Origin: a virus
Reading direction: 5' to 3' (one strand)
DNA: 64,000 nucleotides
IMG/VR virus record: IMGVR_UViG_3300008117_000001
This document shows positions 1 through 10,622 of the stretch, in pieces. The position numbers were made by a program, and so were the translations under genes. Within the stretch, counting starts at the first letter, position 1; each line of letters begins with the position of its first letter. The notes below the pieces were generated by a model. That model searched no databases. It was not told where the DNA came from and worked only from the letters and a program-made list of their open reading frames with translations.

Positions 1-1100
1 ACCGTGAAGGTATACTCAGTGCCAAGACCACCAGTTCCCTCAAATAGTGAATAGCCAAGAAATATCTCGGTATTTAATGCGCTTGCATCGCCAACATTTC
101 CGGTTGCAACGCCCCATCCAGCAGAGCCAGTGCTCCATGAGATTGCATACCGCTCTGGAGAAACTCCAGTATCGTCGTTTGCCACTTCCCAGTCAACAAG
201 TACACCCTCACCGGTGTCTGTGACAGTAACGCTCTGGGGAACTCCAAGAAAGTTGGGTATAGTTGTTGTAGTTGTAGGTGTTTCGCCGGAAGTACCAAGA
301 ATACGAATGTAATACCCGCACCAGTTACTTCCCCAGTCATAGGTTGAGACGCCATTTGCAGTACTACCTACATAGGATGGGTAGTTGTCTACCAGATATG
401 GTTCAATGATCGCGGTTTCGCCAACGTCAATTAAACCAGCGTGAACAGCAGCTGAAGAAAACGTTGAGTCATCTGTGTAGGGATTGGAACCCCAGATTGC
501 GCCACCAGAAGTTCCAGTGACAGTAAAGGCTTGATATGGACCGCAGCCATTATTTCCAGGAGTAAAAGGCAGTGGTGCTGGAGTGATAGATAAATTTACA
601 TTATCAATGCTCGGACCGTAGTGCCCAGCCCAGTATCCATTGTCTATACCACTAAAGGTTATTGTAGCGGTTGTTGCTCCCTCAGGAATGGTAATGGACA
701 AACTGAAGTTTTCCAGGTTATGGGAAATAGATCTAGTGACCGTAGCTGAAGCGGGAGAGGGGGAGTCTGAGGATAGAGTTGCTGTCCAGGTGTCTGACAC
801 AGCACCTTGGCCTATGCTATTCGTCGTACTATTATTAACCACAAATGAAAAATTTATAATCTCTCCTGGTGTGACAGGAATAGATTGAAAAACTTCGCCC
901 GTTTCATAAGAAAATTGCAAAGAGCCATTGAATAAAACTCCAGAGCCTCCGTTCTGGGAGACAGTCCATCCGGAGGATCCATTAAAGTCTCCATTGACAA
1001 AAGTGTTACTTGCTTGCGCACTGGATAGTGGTGCAAAAAATCCTACAACAGCTATACTTACCGTTGATAATCTAAATAAATTACTTATAAAATTCCGCAT
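1..1100 (-). CDS. Secreted/surface protein, truncated by the window edge: signal peptide, beta-sandwich domain, LCCL-like domain, Thr linker, Fn3-like domain
   Basis: Not in the ORF track. Manual translation from ATG at 1100 (MRNFISNLFRLSTVSIAVVGFFAPLSSAQA...) stays open to base 1 and contains the LCCL-like IWGSNPYTDDSTFSSAAVHAGLI, then TPTTTTT and PQSVTVTDTGEGVLVDW. Confidence 0.75.
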   Translation of the reverse strand, partial: MRNFISNLFRLSTVSIAVVGFFAPLSSAQASNTFVNGDFNGSSGWTVSQNGGSGVLFNGSLQFSYETGEVFQSIPVTPGEIINFSFVVNNSTTNSIGQGAVSDTWTATLSSDSPSPASATVTRSISHNLENFSLSITIPEGATTATITFSGIDNGYWAGHYGPSIDNVNLSITPAPLPFTPGNNGCGPYQAFTVTGTSGGAIWGSNPYTDDSTFSSAAVHAGLIDVGETAIIEPYLVDNYPSYVGSTANGVSTYDWGSNWCGYYIRILGTSGETPTTTTTIPNFLGVPQSVTVTDTGEGVLVDWEVANDDTGVSPERYAISWSTGSAGWGVATGNVGDASALNTEIFLGYSLFEGTGGLGTEYTFT

Positions 1101-1182
1101 AAAGACTCCCATCCTCTTGTGCAATAGTAAGACTAAACTCCTTGAATCAAATTGACTTTAACTAGCGCAAAGCTGAAAAATA

Positions 1183-1191
1183 TGTTACTAT
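1183..1191 (+). promoter_or_regulatory. Extended -10 element (TGTTACTAT) upstream of the collagen fibre gene
   Basis: TGn-TACTAT about 45 nt before the ATG at 1237, in a divergent intergenic region. Confidence 0.4.
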
Positions 1192-1236
1192 TGTTCTATA
1201 AAGCGCTTACTTTATCTATTTTTATAGAGGTTTTTA

Positions 1237-4200
1237 ATGGCCAATACCCTTGTTATAAAAAATTCAGGTACTTCTACGTCCGTACCCTCTGCTCTGACTC
1301 ATGGTGAAGTAGCAATCAATTATGCAGACGGTAAAATATTTTATAAAAACGCATCTAATACTATCGTTGCTTCTAAATTAATTACTGCAATTACTGGAAC
1401 AACAGATCAAATAAATGTAACTGAAACATCTGGTTCTTTTGCAATTAGCTTACCATCCTCTATATCAGTTACCAATAATGTAACTGCTGGAGGCTATCTT
1501 ATTTCTAACAACTCATCTGGTGATGAGGGTGGTGAAATATTCCTAAAGAAAGCTGTTACAAATACCACTCTGACTGGTGGTGTTACCATTGATGTCTATC
1601 AAAACAGGCTTCGTTTTTTTGAGCAGGGGGGGACAGCCAGGGGTTTTTATATTGACATAAGTACTGGAGGCAATGGTGCCAGTACGGACATTCTTGCTGG
1701 CGTACAGGGCCCCCAAGGTGCCCAAGGCCCCCAAGGTGCAACTGGATCACAAGGCGCTACCGGCCCTCAGGGTACACAAGGCCCCCAAGGTGCTACGGGT
1801 TCCCAGGGTTCACAAGGGCCACAGGGGGACATTGGCCCCCAAGGTGCCACAGGTCCCCAAGGTTCTACTGGGCCACAAGGTTCTACCGGTCCCCAGGGAG
1901 ATGTGGGTCCACAGGGTGCACAAGGAGCAACAGGATCTCAAGGCCCGCAAGGGGCAGTAGGAGCACAGGGAGCTACTGGGCCCCAAGGTTCAACTGGAGC
2001 ACAAGGCGCTACGGGTCCACAAGGAGACGCTGGACCCCAAGGCGCAACTGGCCCCCAAGGTTCTACGGGAGCACAAGGGGCAACTGGAGCACAAGGACCA
2101 CAGGGTGATATTGGTCCACAGGGGGCAACTGGACCACAAGGTGCACAGGGAGATGTTGGTTCACAAGGGGCTACTGGCCCCCAAGGTGCTCAAGGTGCCA
2201 CAGGCGCGCAAGGCCCACAAGGCGCTACTGGCCCCCAAGGTGCCACTGGACCTCAGGGTTCAACTGGAGCACAAGGCGCTCAGGGTCCAGTTGGTGGAGA
2301 TGGTCCACAGGGTGACGTTGGCCCTCAAGGCGCTACTGGCCCTCAGGGAGCAACAGGGGCTCAGGGTCCACAGGGGGCTACCGGAGCACAAGGCTCAACG
2401 GGAGCCCAAGGAGCTACAGGCGCCCAAGGACCGCAAGGTCCTCAAGGAGATATAGGTCCTCAGGGAGCTACTGGTGCCCAGGGAGCTACTGGTGCCCAAG
2501 GAGCCACGGGGGCACAAGGTGACACTGGACCACAGGGTTCGACTGGACCACAAGGAGATGTGGGTCCTCAAGGTGCAGTTGGCTCACAGGGAGCTCAAGG
2601 TGCAACGGGCCCCCAAGGTGCTACTGGCCCCCAAGGTTCTACTGGTCCTCAGGGGCCACAGGGCCCACAAGGAGATACTGGCCCGCAAGGTGCAACAGGT
2701 GCACAGGGTGCCACAGGCGCCCAAGGACCGCAAGGAGCTACTGGTTCTCAAGGCGCACAAGGAGTCCAGGGTTCACAAGGGCCACAAGGCCCAGTCGGAA
2801 ACCTTAACTCACACGAATCAGTAAGAACCGCTACAAATGCAGCCCTTCCCAACTCTCCTACATATACTGCTGGTACTGCTGATGACAATAACGGAACTGG
2901 CGATGGCGCGTATCTTCAAGCATCAACATTTGGTGCTCTTGTTGTTGACTCACGTACTGTTGTTGCCAACGACAGAGTTCTCGTTAAAAACCAAATTAAC
3001 CAAATCCATAACGGTATCTATGTTGTAACAACAGTTGGCGACGGCTCTACATATTGGCGACTAACTCGTACCTCCGACTTTGACAATACCGATGGTACAG
3101 AAGTTCAAAACGGTGACTATGTTTTTGTTTCACTAGGAACAGCAAATACGGGTACATCTTGGATGATGAACTCAATCGGTACGAATCCAGACAATTCAAT
3201 AATTATCGGAACAGACGGAATGAACTGGGTTAATGTTGGTGGTGCTGGTCCACAAGGCGCTCAAGGACCGCAAGGTGCTGGTGGAACAATTGCATACTGG
3301 GGTTCATTTTGGTCAAATCAAGATCAAACCGCAGTAGCTGCAAATACAGCTTATGCAATAACTTATGATAATTATGATTCTAATAATTTTGGAGTAACAC
3401 TTTCTAATAATTCAAGAATTAATTTCGGTTATGCTGGCGTATATTCTTTGACTTTCTCAGTCCAATGGGCAAACAGTGATAGTCAGATTCATGATGCAAA
3501 TATCTGGTTTAAGAAGAATGGTTCTAATATTCCTGACTCAGATAGCCGATGGAGCGTTGTTGAAAGCCATGGCGGAACAGATGGTAGAGCCATAGGTACA
3601 GTTAACCTGGTCTTAAGCCTCAATGCTAATGACTATATTGAGTTGTTTTGGCAAACAACAAATACTGGTATATCACTTGATTATTTTCCAGCAGTTTCTC
3701 CAGCACCAGCAATTCCTTCTATTATATTTACCGCTGTTCAGGTTACCTATACACAAGTTGGACCTCAAGGGCCCCAAGGTGCAACGGGTTCTCAGGGGGC
3801 AACTGGACCCCAGGGCGCTACAGGCGCTCAAGGTGCTACTGGAGCGCAAGGGTCACAAGGTGCTACTGGAGCTCAGGGAGCCACAGGTGCCCAAGGAGAT
3901 ACAGGACCGCAAGGTTCAACAGGCGCTCAAGGTCCAATAGGACCTCAGGGTGACACTGGACCTCAGGGCCCTCAGGGATCTGTTGGCCCTCAAGGAGCCA
4001 CTGGTCCTCAAGGAGCCACAGGTCCCCAAGGTGCAACTGGCCCACAAGGAGATGTCGGGCCCCAAGGTGCTACAGGTGCCCAGGGTGCAACCGGACCACA
4101 GGGGGCACAGGGAGCCACAGGTCCTCAGGGCGCAACAGGCGCCCAAGGTGCTACTGGCGCTCAAGGAGATGTTGGTCCACAGGGTTCCGTGGGTCCACAG

Positions 4201-5493
4201 GGACCACAAGGTTCTATTGGACCTCAAGGTGAAACGGGGTCACAGGGTGCAACTGGTCCACAAGGTGCTACTGGTGCCCAAGGTGCTACAGGAGCCCAAG
4301 GCGATACTGGTCCCCAAGGTTCAACTGGACCACAGGGACCACAGGGTGACACAGGTCCTCAAGGTTCAACTGGTGCTACTGGCCCCCAAGGAGCTACCGG
4401 TGCTCAAGGTGCTACTGGCCCTCAAGGCGCCACTGGCCCTCAAGGCGCCACTGGCCCACAAGGTGATATCGGTCCTCAGGGTGCCCAAGGAGCCACAGGC
4501 CCTCAAGGAGCTACAGGCGCTCAAGGAGCTACCGGTCCTCAAGGTGCTACAGGTCCCCAGGGAGACATGGGACCGCAAGGATCAACAGGTCCACAAGGGC
4601 CCCAAGGTGCAACTGGAGCACAAGGTGCTACTGGTCCAGTAGCTGGTTCTGCTAATCAAGTTGTCTATAAAGATGGTTCTAATGCAGCTGCTGGCAGCGC
4701 AAACCTTACCTTTGACGGAACACGCCTAACAGCAGCAGCCTTAACGGTTGATACAAATACTCTTTATGTTGATGCAACTAATAATCGTGTTGGTGTTGGC
4801 ACTTCTTCACCATCTGTTGAGCTCGATGTTCTTGGAACTCAAGTTATTCGTGTGGCATCCACGCAAGATGGTATTCAGTTGGCCGGTCGTGCTGGCGGAA
4901 CTGGATCATTGTCTACAAAATTTATACCAACTACGTTGACCGCAAACAGAACATTAACTTTACCAAATAAATCTGGAACTGTTGCTACAACAGCTGATAT
5001 TGGTCTTGTTTACTTGTCAAGTGGCACATTCTCTGGCGCAACAGTAGTCAACTTGCAGTCAATATTTTCGTCTACTTATGATAATTATCGTCTTGTATTA
5101 ACAAACTTGCAAGCAGCAAGCGGAGACTTTTATCTCTTCTATATCAATATGCTTTCTGGTGGCACAGCAGCAGCAACAGCTTACTACTACGCTATGCAGG
5201 GACTTACATTTGGCGGAGTCGCAGACAATTATACTGGGCAAAATTCAAGCATAGGAGTATGTGGTGGAATATCTAACTCGGATATTCATATTGTTATGGA
5301 TATATCTCGCCCATTTGTTGCAGATAGAACAATTATTTCAGCGCACTGTGCGTCGGCATGGGGTAACTATACATCCACTGTTCAACATACAACGGCATCG
5401 TCTTATGATGGAATACAGCTTAACAATTTCAGATTAGGAGCAAGCACTGTCAATCTTTCTGGAACATGGAAACTTTATGGATATACAAACTAA
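1237..5493 (+). CDS. Collagen-like (Gly-X-Y) tail fibre/virion appendage protein
   Basis: 1418 aa with two long GXY tracts ([15 protein letters not shown]) separated by globular domains; phage-fibre-like N-terminus ([19 protein letters not shown]) and [10 protein letters not shown] motif. Confidence 0.9.
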   Translation: MANTLVIKNSGTSTSVPSALTHGEVAINYADGKIFYKNASNTIVASKLITAITGTTDQINVTETSGSFAISLPSSISVTNNVTAGGYLISNNSSGDEGGEIFLKKAVTNTTLTGGVTIDVYQNRLRFFEQGGTARGFYIDISTGGNGASTDILAGVQGPQGAQGPQGATGSQGATGPQGTQGPQGATGSQGSQGPQGDIGPQGATGPQGSTGPQGSTGPQGDVGPQGAQGATGSQGPQGAVGAQGATGPQGSTGAQGATGPQGDAGPQGATGPQGSTGAQGATGAQGPQGDIGPQGATGPQGAQGDVGSQGATGPQGAQGATGAQGPQGATGPQGATGPQGSTGAQGAQGPVGGDGPQGDVGPQGATGPQGATGAQGPQGATGAQGSTGAQGATGAQGPQGPQGDIGPQGATGAQGATGAQGATGAQGDTGPQGSTGPQGDVGPQGAVGSQGAQGATGPQGATGPQGSTGPQGPQGPQGDTGPQGATGAQGATGAQGPQGATGSQGAQGVQGSQGPQGPVGNLNSHESVRTATNAALPNSPTYTAGTADDNNGTGDGAYLQASTFGALVVDSRTVVANDRVLVKNQINQIHNGIYVVTTVGDGSTYWRLTRTSDFDNTDGTEVQNGDYVFVSLGTANTGTSWMMNSIGTNPDNSIIIGTDGMNWVNVGGAGPQGAQGPQGAGGTIAYWGSFWSNQDQTAVAANTAYAITYDNYDSNNFGVTLSNNSRINFGYAGVYSLTFSVQWANSDSQIHDANIWFKKNGSNIPDSDSRWSVVESHGGTDGRAIGTVNLVLSLNANDYIELFWQTTNTGISLDYFPAVSPAPAIPSIIFTAVQVTYTQVGPQGPQGATGSQGATGPQGATGAQGATGAQGSQGATGAQGATGAQGDTGPQGSTGAQGPIGPQGDTGPQGPQGSVGPQGATGPQGATGPQGATGPQGDVGPQGATGAQGATGPQGAQGATGPQGATGAQGATGAQGDVGPQGSVGPQGPQGSIGPQGETGSQGATGPQGATGAQGATGAQGDTGPQGSTGPQGPQGDTGPQGSTGATGPQGATGAQGATGPQGATGPQGATGPQGDIGPQGAQGATGPQGATGAQGATGPQGATGPQGDMGPQGSTGPQGPQGATGAQGATGPVAGSANQVVYKDGSNAAAGSANLTFDGTRLTAAALTVDTNTLYVDATNNRVGVGTSSPSVELDVLGTQVIRVASTQDGIQLAGRAGGTGSLSTKFIPTTLTANRTLTLPNKSGTVATTADIGLVYLSSGTFSGATVVNLQSIFSSTYDNYRLVLTNLQAASGDFYLFYINMLSGGTAAATAYYYAMQGLTFGGVADNYTGQNSSIGVCGGISNSDIHIVMDISRPFVADRTIISAHCASAWGNYTSTVQHTTASSYDGIQLNNFRLGASTVNLSGTWKLYGYTN

Positions 5494-5505
5494 TAGGAGA
5501 TTAAA

Positions 5506-5691
5506 ATGCCACGTGTGAAATACACATATGATGGTTCAACTGAAACGGAAACGACAGCAAACTTTTCTGGAGCAGAAGAAACCGCTCAGGATGCACTGGA
5601 TGCATCGAATCAGTCTGATTACAATACAAACTCTAAACAAGTTAGTAGAGATATAGCCGATAATCGTCGGTTTATAATGGAGGTCATCTAA
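5506..5691 (+). CDS. Small hypothetical protein in the fibre operon
   Basis: 61-aa ORF, AGGAG RBS, abuts the next gene. Confidence 0.7.
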   Translation: MPRVKYTYDGSTETETTANFSGAEETAQDALDASNQSDYNTNSKQVSRDIADNRRFIMEVI

Positions 5692-6065
5692 TGGCGTTGC
5701 AAATGAAAAGGCTATCTGGTCCAGAAAATTTTGCTGTAGCAGACACCGCAGAAGATTTATATACAGTTCCAAGAAATACTGGTTATACTACAACTGCTGT
5801 TATTAAAGAGATTATATTATGTAATACCGCAGCATCTAGTGCAACAGTGACGCTTTGGTTAAAGCCTAAGAATGTTACGGTAGGCACCGATCATATTTTT
5901 ATCAATTCATTAACACTTGCTGCAAACGAAACTGTTACACTGTCAACATCCTTAGTTTTAACTAATTCTGATAATACAGCTGGTGATACTTATTCTGATA
6001 AAATAAGAGGTAAAGCTAGCACTACTACGGTTAATTATATGATCAATGGATATGAAGAATACTGA
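5691..6065 (+). CDS. Putative virion structural protein
   Basis: 124 aa, beta-rich and Thr-rich, inside the fibre operon. Confidence 0.6.
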   Translation: MALQMKRLSGPENFAVADTAEDLYTVPRNTGYTTTAVIKEIILCNTAASSATVTLWLKPKNVTVGTDHIFINSLTLAANETVTLSTSLVLTNSDNTAGDTYSDKIRGKASTTTVNYMINGYEEY

Positions 6066-6070
6066 TAATT

Positions 6071-6847
6071 ATGGGAAAGTTTATTAGAGTTAACAATACT
6101 ACAACTGGTGTGAGTTTTGTTGGTGGCACTTCGTCTACATACTCTGATTTACTAACATTGGGTAACCTAGTTGACGTTGCTGATCAAATATACGGATCAG
6201 GAGCCGATGGTTCTGTTACCTTTGATGGTTCAAGTACCGTCTTATCAATGGCCCCATCAACTTCAGTATACACTATGACAAGGGATATATATTGCTATAA
6301 TTTAACTTTGTCAGCAAACGTTCGTTTAAATCCAGCTGGATATAGAATATTTGTACAAAATAGTTTAACTTTTGGTAGTGGTTCTACTATAGGTTTCACA
6401 ACAGGCTTTTCTACTGCCGGATCAATTCAGCAAGGGGGCGCAAACAATACTGCTGTCACCCATAGTCTTGGTGGTTCTAGCGCTACTCAAACTGCAACTG
6501 CACCGACAGCTGCAACTGGTGGCACTGATTATTATAAGCAGTCGTTCCAAGCTGTCCGAGGCTACTCCATAACAGGGTCCTCAACTACTCCAACCTTTTT
6601 GCGTGGTGGAGCTGGTGGCGTTTCTGGAGCTGGTGGTGGCGTTGTAATACTCGCAGCAAGATTTATCACTGTTTCAAGTGGCACTGGTTATATTAAGGCA
6701 CCAGGTACAAGCGGTTCTGGTGGCGGTGGTGGCGGAGCAATTATTGTCATATCTTCATCCGCAGCTTTAAATAGTGGAATAACAACTGACGTTACTGGTG
6801 GAACCAGCTGCGCTGCCGGAAATGTTATTTATTGTCAGGTAGCTTAA
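6071..6847 (+). CDS. Gly-rich virion/fibre protein
   Basis: 258 aa with GGAGGVSGAGGG and GSGGGGGG motifs; N-terminal part is paralogous to the next gene. Confidence 0.7.
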   Translation: MGKFIRVNNTTTGVSFVGGTSSTYSDLLTLGNLVDVADQIYGSGADGSVTFDGSSTVLSMAPSTSVYTMTRDIYCYNLTLSANVRLNPAGYRIFVQNSLTFGSGSTIGFTTGFSTAGSIQQGGANNTAVTHSLGGSSATQTATAPTAATGGTDYYKQSFQAVRGYSITGSSTTPTFLRGGAGGVSGAGGGVVILAARFITVSSGTGYIKAPGTSGSGGGGGGAIIVISSSAALNSGITTDVTGGTSCAAGNVIYCQVA

Positions 6848-6849
6848 TT

Positions 6850-8640
6850 ATGAGTAACCGTATTCGTAGACTTAATCAAACTAAAACTCAACGTGATGAT
6901 TCTATTTTTGGCGAAGGAACAGACGGTGATGTAACCATAACTAGTGGAACTACATATTTAACTAAAGATATGTATTACACTAATTTAACAGTTGATTCTG
7001 GAGCAACATTATTTACGAATGGATTTCGTATATTTGTTAACGGAACACTTACAAATAATGGCACCTTAGGTATGCCCGCGGCAACTTTGTCAAATATTTC
7101 CGATGGATCAGGCACAGTATCTGGTAGACAGAACGCATTAAACCCAGCAAGCGCCTGGGGCACAAGTAATACAACAATTGATCCCACAGTCCTGCATGAT
7201 TTAGACGATTCAATTTCTGGCTGGCTTATAACAAGCGCTGGAACAATAACAAAAATTGGTGGCGGTTCTCTTGGCACTTCCGGTACATCGGGAAACGTTA
7301 CAGCAGCAACAGGACCATTTGCTGGGAACGCTGGTAACTTTATCGGAGCAACTGTTGGTCAAGCTGGTGGTGCCGGAAATGCTGGCACTGCGGGAAATGC
7401 TGCTACTGCTGGAACGGGCGGAGTTGGCGGGCCTGGTGGAGGGCTGGTAATAATTATTGCAAAAACTATAGCTGGATCTGGAACAATAGTTAGTTATGGT
7501 TATGCAGGCGGCGCAGGCAATCCAGCAACCCAAGGTAATCCCGGTTCAGCTGGAAACCCCGCACCAAATATAACTGGATATCATAATTCTGGTAACTTTC
7601 CACATAATGCTGGTGGTACTATTGTTAATCCAACTTCTGGTACTCCACACCCTTCTGGGCATAATGCTGGATCACACCCCCATCCATCTGGAGCGCATCC
7701 GCATCCAGATGGCGGCCCTCATGCTAACCCTCATAATGCGGTTCTTCATACCGCAACCGGGCACCATAATGCATCGAACACACATATCCACGCGCCCCAT
7801 GGGCACAATGCCGTAACACATCGATCTGCCCCATATGTAACATATGTTTTAGGTCATAATGGTGGTTCCGCTCATAACTCTGGTCACGGCAGTCATCCCC
7901 ATGGTGTTAATGGACATAGAGTTTCTGGTCATAATGGAAACTCAAATGCATCTCATGGCTCCCATGCATCAGGAATTAGTGTTAACTCAATTGGCTTCAG
8001 CAACCATAATGGAACGGTAAACAAAAACTCAACAATTAATTCTGGTCATGGCCATCACGCTGGCAATCATAACGCTGGCAATCATCCATATTCTCATCCA
8101 TCAGGATCATTTCCTAATAACCCAGCTTCTCACCACAATGGACACGTTTACACGAATGCAGGACATGGTCACCACCATGTCGCTGCTGCATCGCACCCCG
8201 CTACAAATGCTCCGCATACTAACATTCCTAGCGTTGGATTAAACTCTGGCCACAATGGCGTCCAGCACCACCACGCAGGGCATCATCCACACCCTGCTGG
8301 ATCACATCCGCACCCTGCTGGTAGTACAGGGCCATCTCCCCATAGTGGCACACCTCATCCTTCTGGCCACAACGCTGGTAGTCATCCCCACAGTGCTGCT
8401 ACCGTTAATGTAATAACAGGAGCTGTAACCAGTAATAGAACTAGTGCCCCAAGTCATAACGCTACAAATGTTAACTTTAGTGGTGGTACTGGTGGAGCAG
8501 CTGGAGCAGCAGGTGCTGCCAATGCAGGAAATCCAGGAAATCAAGGTAGTACAGGTGGAATAATTGTGGTTACAAGAAATCCTGGAAATGTTTCACCACA
8601 AATAGGCCATTCAAATTATTCAAAAATAATAGATATTTAA
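6850..8640 (+). CDS. Gly-rich virion protein with a His/Pro/Asn-rich insert
   Basis: N-terminus (IFGEGTDGDVT...GFRIFVNGTLT) resembles the previous gene (IYGSGADGSVT...GYRIFVQNSLT). Central ~300 aa hold ~58 His. Probable start is ATG 6850. Confidence 0.8.
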   Translation: MSNRIRRLNQTKTQRDDSIFGEGTDGDVTITSGTTYLTKDMYYTNLTVDSGATLFTNGFRIFVNGTLTNNGTLGMPAATLSNISDGSGTVSGRQNALNPASAWGTSNTTIDPTVLHDLDDSISGWLITSAGTITKIGGGSLGTSGTSGNVTAATGPFAGNAGNFIGATVGQAGGAGNAGTAGNAATAGTGGVGGPGGGLVIIIAKTIAGSGTIVSYGYAGGAGNPATQGNPGSAGNPAPNITGYHNSGNFPHNAGGTIVNPTSGTPHPSGHNAGSHPHPSGAHPHPDGGPHANPHNAVLHTATGHHNASNTHIHAPHGHNAVTHRSAPYVTYVLGHNGGSAHNSGHGSHPHGVNGHRVSGHNGNSNASHGSHASGISVNSIGFSNHNGTVNKNSTINSGHGHHAGNHNAGNHPYSHPSGSFPNNPASHHNGHVYTNAGHGHHHVAAASHPATNAPHTNIPSVGLNSGHNGVQHHHAGHHPHPAGSHPHPAGSTGPSPHSGTPHPSGHNAGSHPHSAATVNVITGAVTSNRTSAPSHNATNVNFSGGTGGAAGAAGAANAGNPGNQGSTGGIIVVTRNPGNVSPQIGHSNYSKIIDI

Positions 8641-8648
8641 CACAAATA

Positions 8649-8657
8649 TGGTATAAT
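8649..8657 (+). promoter_or_regulatory. Extended -10 promoter (TGGTATAAT) for the tailoring-enzyme cassette
   Basis: Perfect TGnTATAAT followed by an AAGGAG RBS and ATG 8680. Confidence 0.6.
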
Positions 8658-8679
8658 ATAAGGAAAACAAGGAGTAAAA

Positions 8680-8928
8680 ATGACATTTTTTAATTCAATT
8701 ACAAATGAACGCAAAATCCAAATTCTTACTTTAAGAATATCCTCTCTTAAAGAGCAACTATGGATGATTCTAATAGACGCTGGTTTAATTCCAGAAGAAT
8801 TAGATATGGCTGCATTTGATCCTGAAACAGATATTTCAGAGGAAAATGCACATTATAGAATACAAGTATCTCAAACATTAGATCTAATTAATAAAACTGA
8901 ATTAATTAAGTCTGGAATTACGGTTTGA
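8680..8928 (+). CDS. Small acidic protein (paralogue family with 9665 and 12881)
   Basis: 82 aa, strong RBS, motif ILIDAGLIPEEL. Confidence 0.75.
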   Translation: MTFFNSITNERKIQILTLRISSLKEQLWMILIDAGLIPEELDMAAFDPETDISEENAHYRIQVSQTLDLINKTELIKSGITV

Positions 8929-8929
8929 T

Positions 8930-9520
8930 ATGAAATTTGTTGAGCACGCTCCGTGCATTGTTCAGTATGATAATATTTTTAAAGCAGAAAAGTTTTTAGA
9001 ATTATTAGAATCTGAGTGCAATGAATCATGGGGCTATCTAAGCTGGCAACGTTCAACTGTCGGCACTGGTGAAGTCTCAGATATGCGTACATCTTTTGGC
9101 TGCGAACTTTCTCCTCTAAGTGTAGATAACATTGAAGTTGATAGAGTCAAGCCTCTTGTTGAAGAGTGGAGAAATTTGTGGTCCAAAATAGACCCAATTG
9201 TTTGGGATTATAGAAATAATTTTGAATTAGACCTAGAAGCTGATGAGGGCTATAGAGTGCTCAAATACAATGGTGGCGCAGAATATAAAGCTCACCATGA
9301 TCATTTTAGGACAAACGAAAGAAGTTTAAGCCTAGTTGCATTTCTTAATGATAATTATACGGGTGGTAATTTAGTCTTTCCAAAATTTAACGTATCAATA
9401 AAACCAAAAGCCGGAAGTGTAATACTATTTCCTTCCAACTTTCCGTATACCCATATAGCTGAACCTGTTGGTAAAAGCGACAATTCAATTAAATACTCTT
9501 TAGTGACGTGGTTTAGATGA
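8930..9520 (+). CDS. 2OG-Fe(II) oxygenase, prolyl-4-hydroxylase-like
   Basis: YKAHHD (HxD), SLVAFLNDNYTGGNLVF, FPYTHIAEPV (distal His), KYSLVTW. Confidence 0.9.
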   Translation: MKFVEHAPCIVQYDNIFKAEKFLELLESECNESWGYLSWQRSTVGTGEVSDMRTSFGCELSPLSVDNIEVDRVKPLVEEWRNLWSKIDPIVWDYRNNFELDLEADEGYRVLKYNGGAEYKAHHDHFRTNERSLSLVAFLNDNYTGGNLVFPKFNVSIKPKAGSVILFPSNFPYTHIAEPVGKSDNSIKYSLVTWFR

Positions 9521-9675
9521 ATCCAGAAGACGAATATCCAAATATTGAATCTTTTCCAGAAACCAACTTTGATCATACATCTGGTAGATACATAACTGAT
9601 AATGAAATTATTAACTGCACTATGTTAGATGCTTCTTTTATATTTAACCTGGAGAATGAAGAAGATGGGATATAA
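9517..9675 (+). CDS. Small acidic hypothetical protein (52 aa)
   Basis: Manual translation MNPEDEYPNIESF...ENEEDGI*; ATGA overlap with the upstream stop codon. Confidence 0.55.
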   Translation: MNPEDEYPNIESFPETNFDHTSGRYITDNEIINCTMLDASFIFNLENEEDGI

Positions 9676-9934
9676 TTTACAAAATGATTTTGATTACGTT
9701 AGCAACACATTGCTAACAATGGCATCCGTTGTTGGGGTTGACATTAATAATCTTTCCGATGTTACTCTCAATGATTTAATGGAGGCATGTGCTAATACAT
9801 TTGGTAGCGCAGAACATAATCAAGATTCCCCAATTGCATCGGCTCAGTATGCAGAATTAAGAAGATATCAGGCCTCCTTTAAAAGATTTTGGTATATGTA
9901 TAGTGTTTTAAATTGGAGAATAAATAATGCTTAA
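9665..9934 (+). CDS. Small hypothetical protein (paralogue family)
   Basis: Track ORF 9629-9934; probable start MGYNLQ; motif TMASVVGVDINNL. Confidence 0.65.
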   Translation: MGYNLQNDFDYVSNTLLTMASVVGVDINNLSDVTLNDLMEACANTFGSAEHNQDSPIASAQYAELRRYQASFKRFWYMYSVLNWRINNA

Positions 9935-10622
9935 TAATTATGATTTGTTTAAATTGACAAATATTCTTTCTCACACCACGTCATCAGATATTAATCCCAT
10001 TGATATTGCCAACAATAATTCTATTATTATCCAAGATGAAATTAATACTGGAGTAGATAGAAGTAGAAATGCTATTGGATATTCTGTTCAGTTAAATTGG
10101 TTAGATCAAATAAGTGATCCATCAAGTTCCGCTATGGATATAGAGATATTATCTCGGTCGATGATAGAAATTATTATTAGAATAAAAAATTCTTCAAAAC
10201 TATTATTTTTAGGCATGAATTATATTTTAGGTTCTACACTTAAATCTATTGTAGATAATGTCGACTATGCGAATATAATGAACTTAAAATATATGGAAGA
10301 CTATATTAATGAACCTATTGATGAATCTAATGTCATATCTATGCAAGACATAGAACAGGGTAACATAGATCTAGATTACGATACTGTATTTTTAGATACA
10401 GAATTAGTTAGTCATGATTTTAATATCGTAGATAATATTTGGGAAAAACTATCTAGCGGTGCACTTTTAATTTTAAATACAGTAAATGATTTTGGATTTC
10501 TTTATTCATCCAAAAATCAGCATCCTTACTTCGAATACTTGTCACGTTTAACGCAAGACGAAGATAAACATGTGTTTCATATTCCAGTAGCAACCGGTTT
10601 TACCTTAGTGGTTAAAAAATGA
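9927..10622 (+). CDS. Hypothetical protein, possible methyltransferase-like fold
   Basis: C-terminal YDTVFLD...WEKLSSGALLIL resembles late class I methyltransferase motifs; no clear SAM-binding motif I. Confidence 0.35.
   Translation: MLNNYDLFKLTNILSHTTSSDINPIDIANNNSIIIQDEINTGVDRSRNAIGYSVQLNWLDQISDPSSSAMDIEILSRSMIEIIIRIKNSSKLLFLGMNYILGSTLKSIVDNVDYANIMNLKYMEDYINEPIDESNVISMQDIEQGNIDLDYDTVFLDTELVSHDFNIVDNIWEKLSSGALLILNTVNDFGFLYSSKNQHPYFEYLSRLTQDEDKHVFHIPVATGFTLVVKK

Noticed and set aside
1543-4939. Many alternative-frame and antisense ORFs in the track
   Set aside because: They are by-products of the GXY codon periodicity inside the collagen gene.
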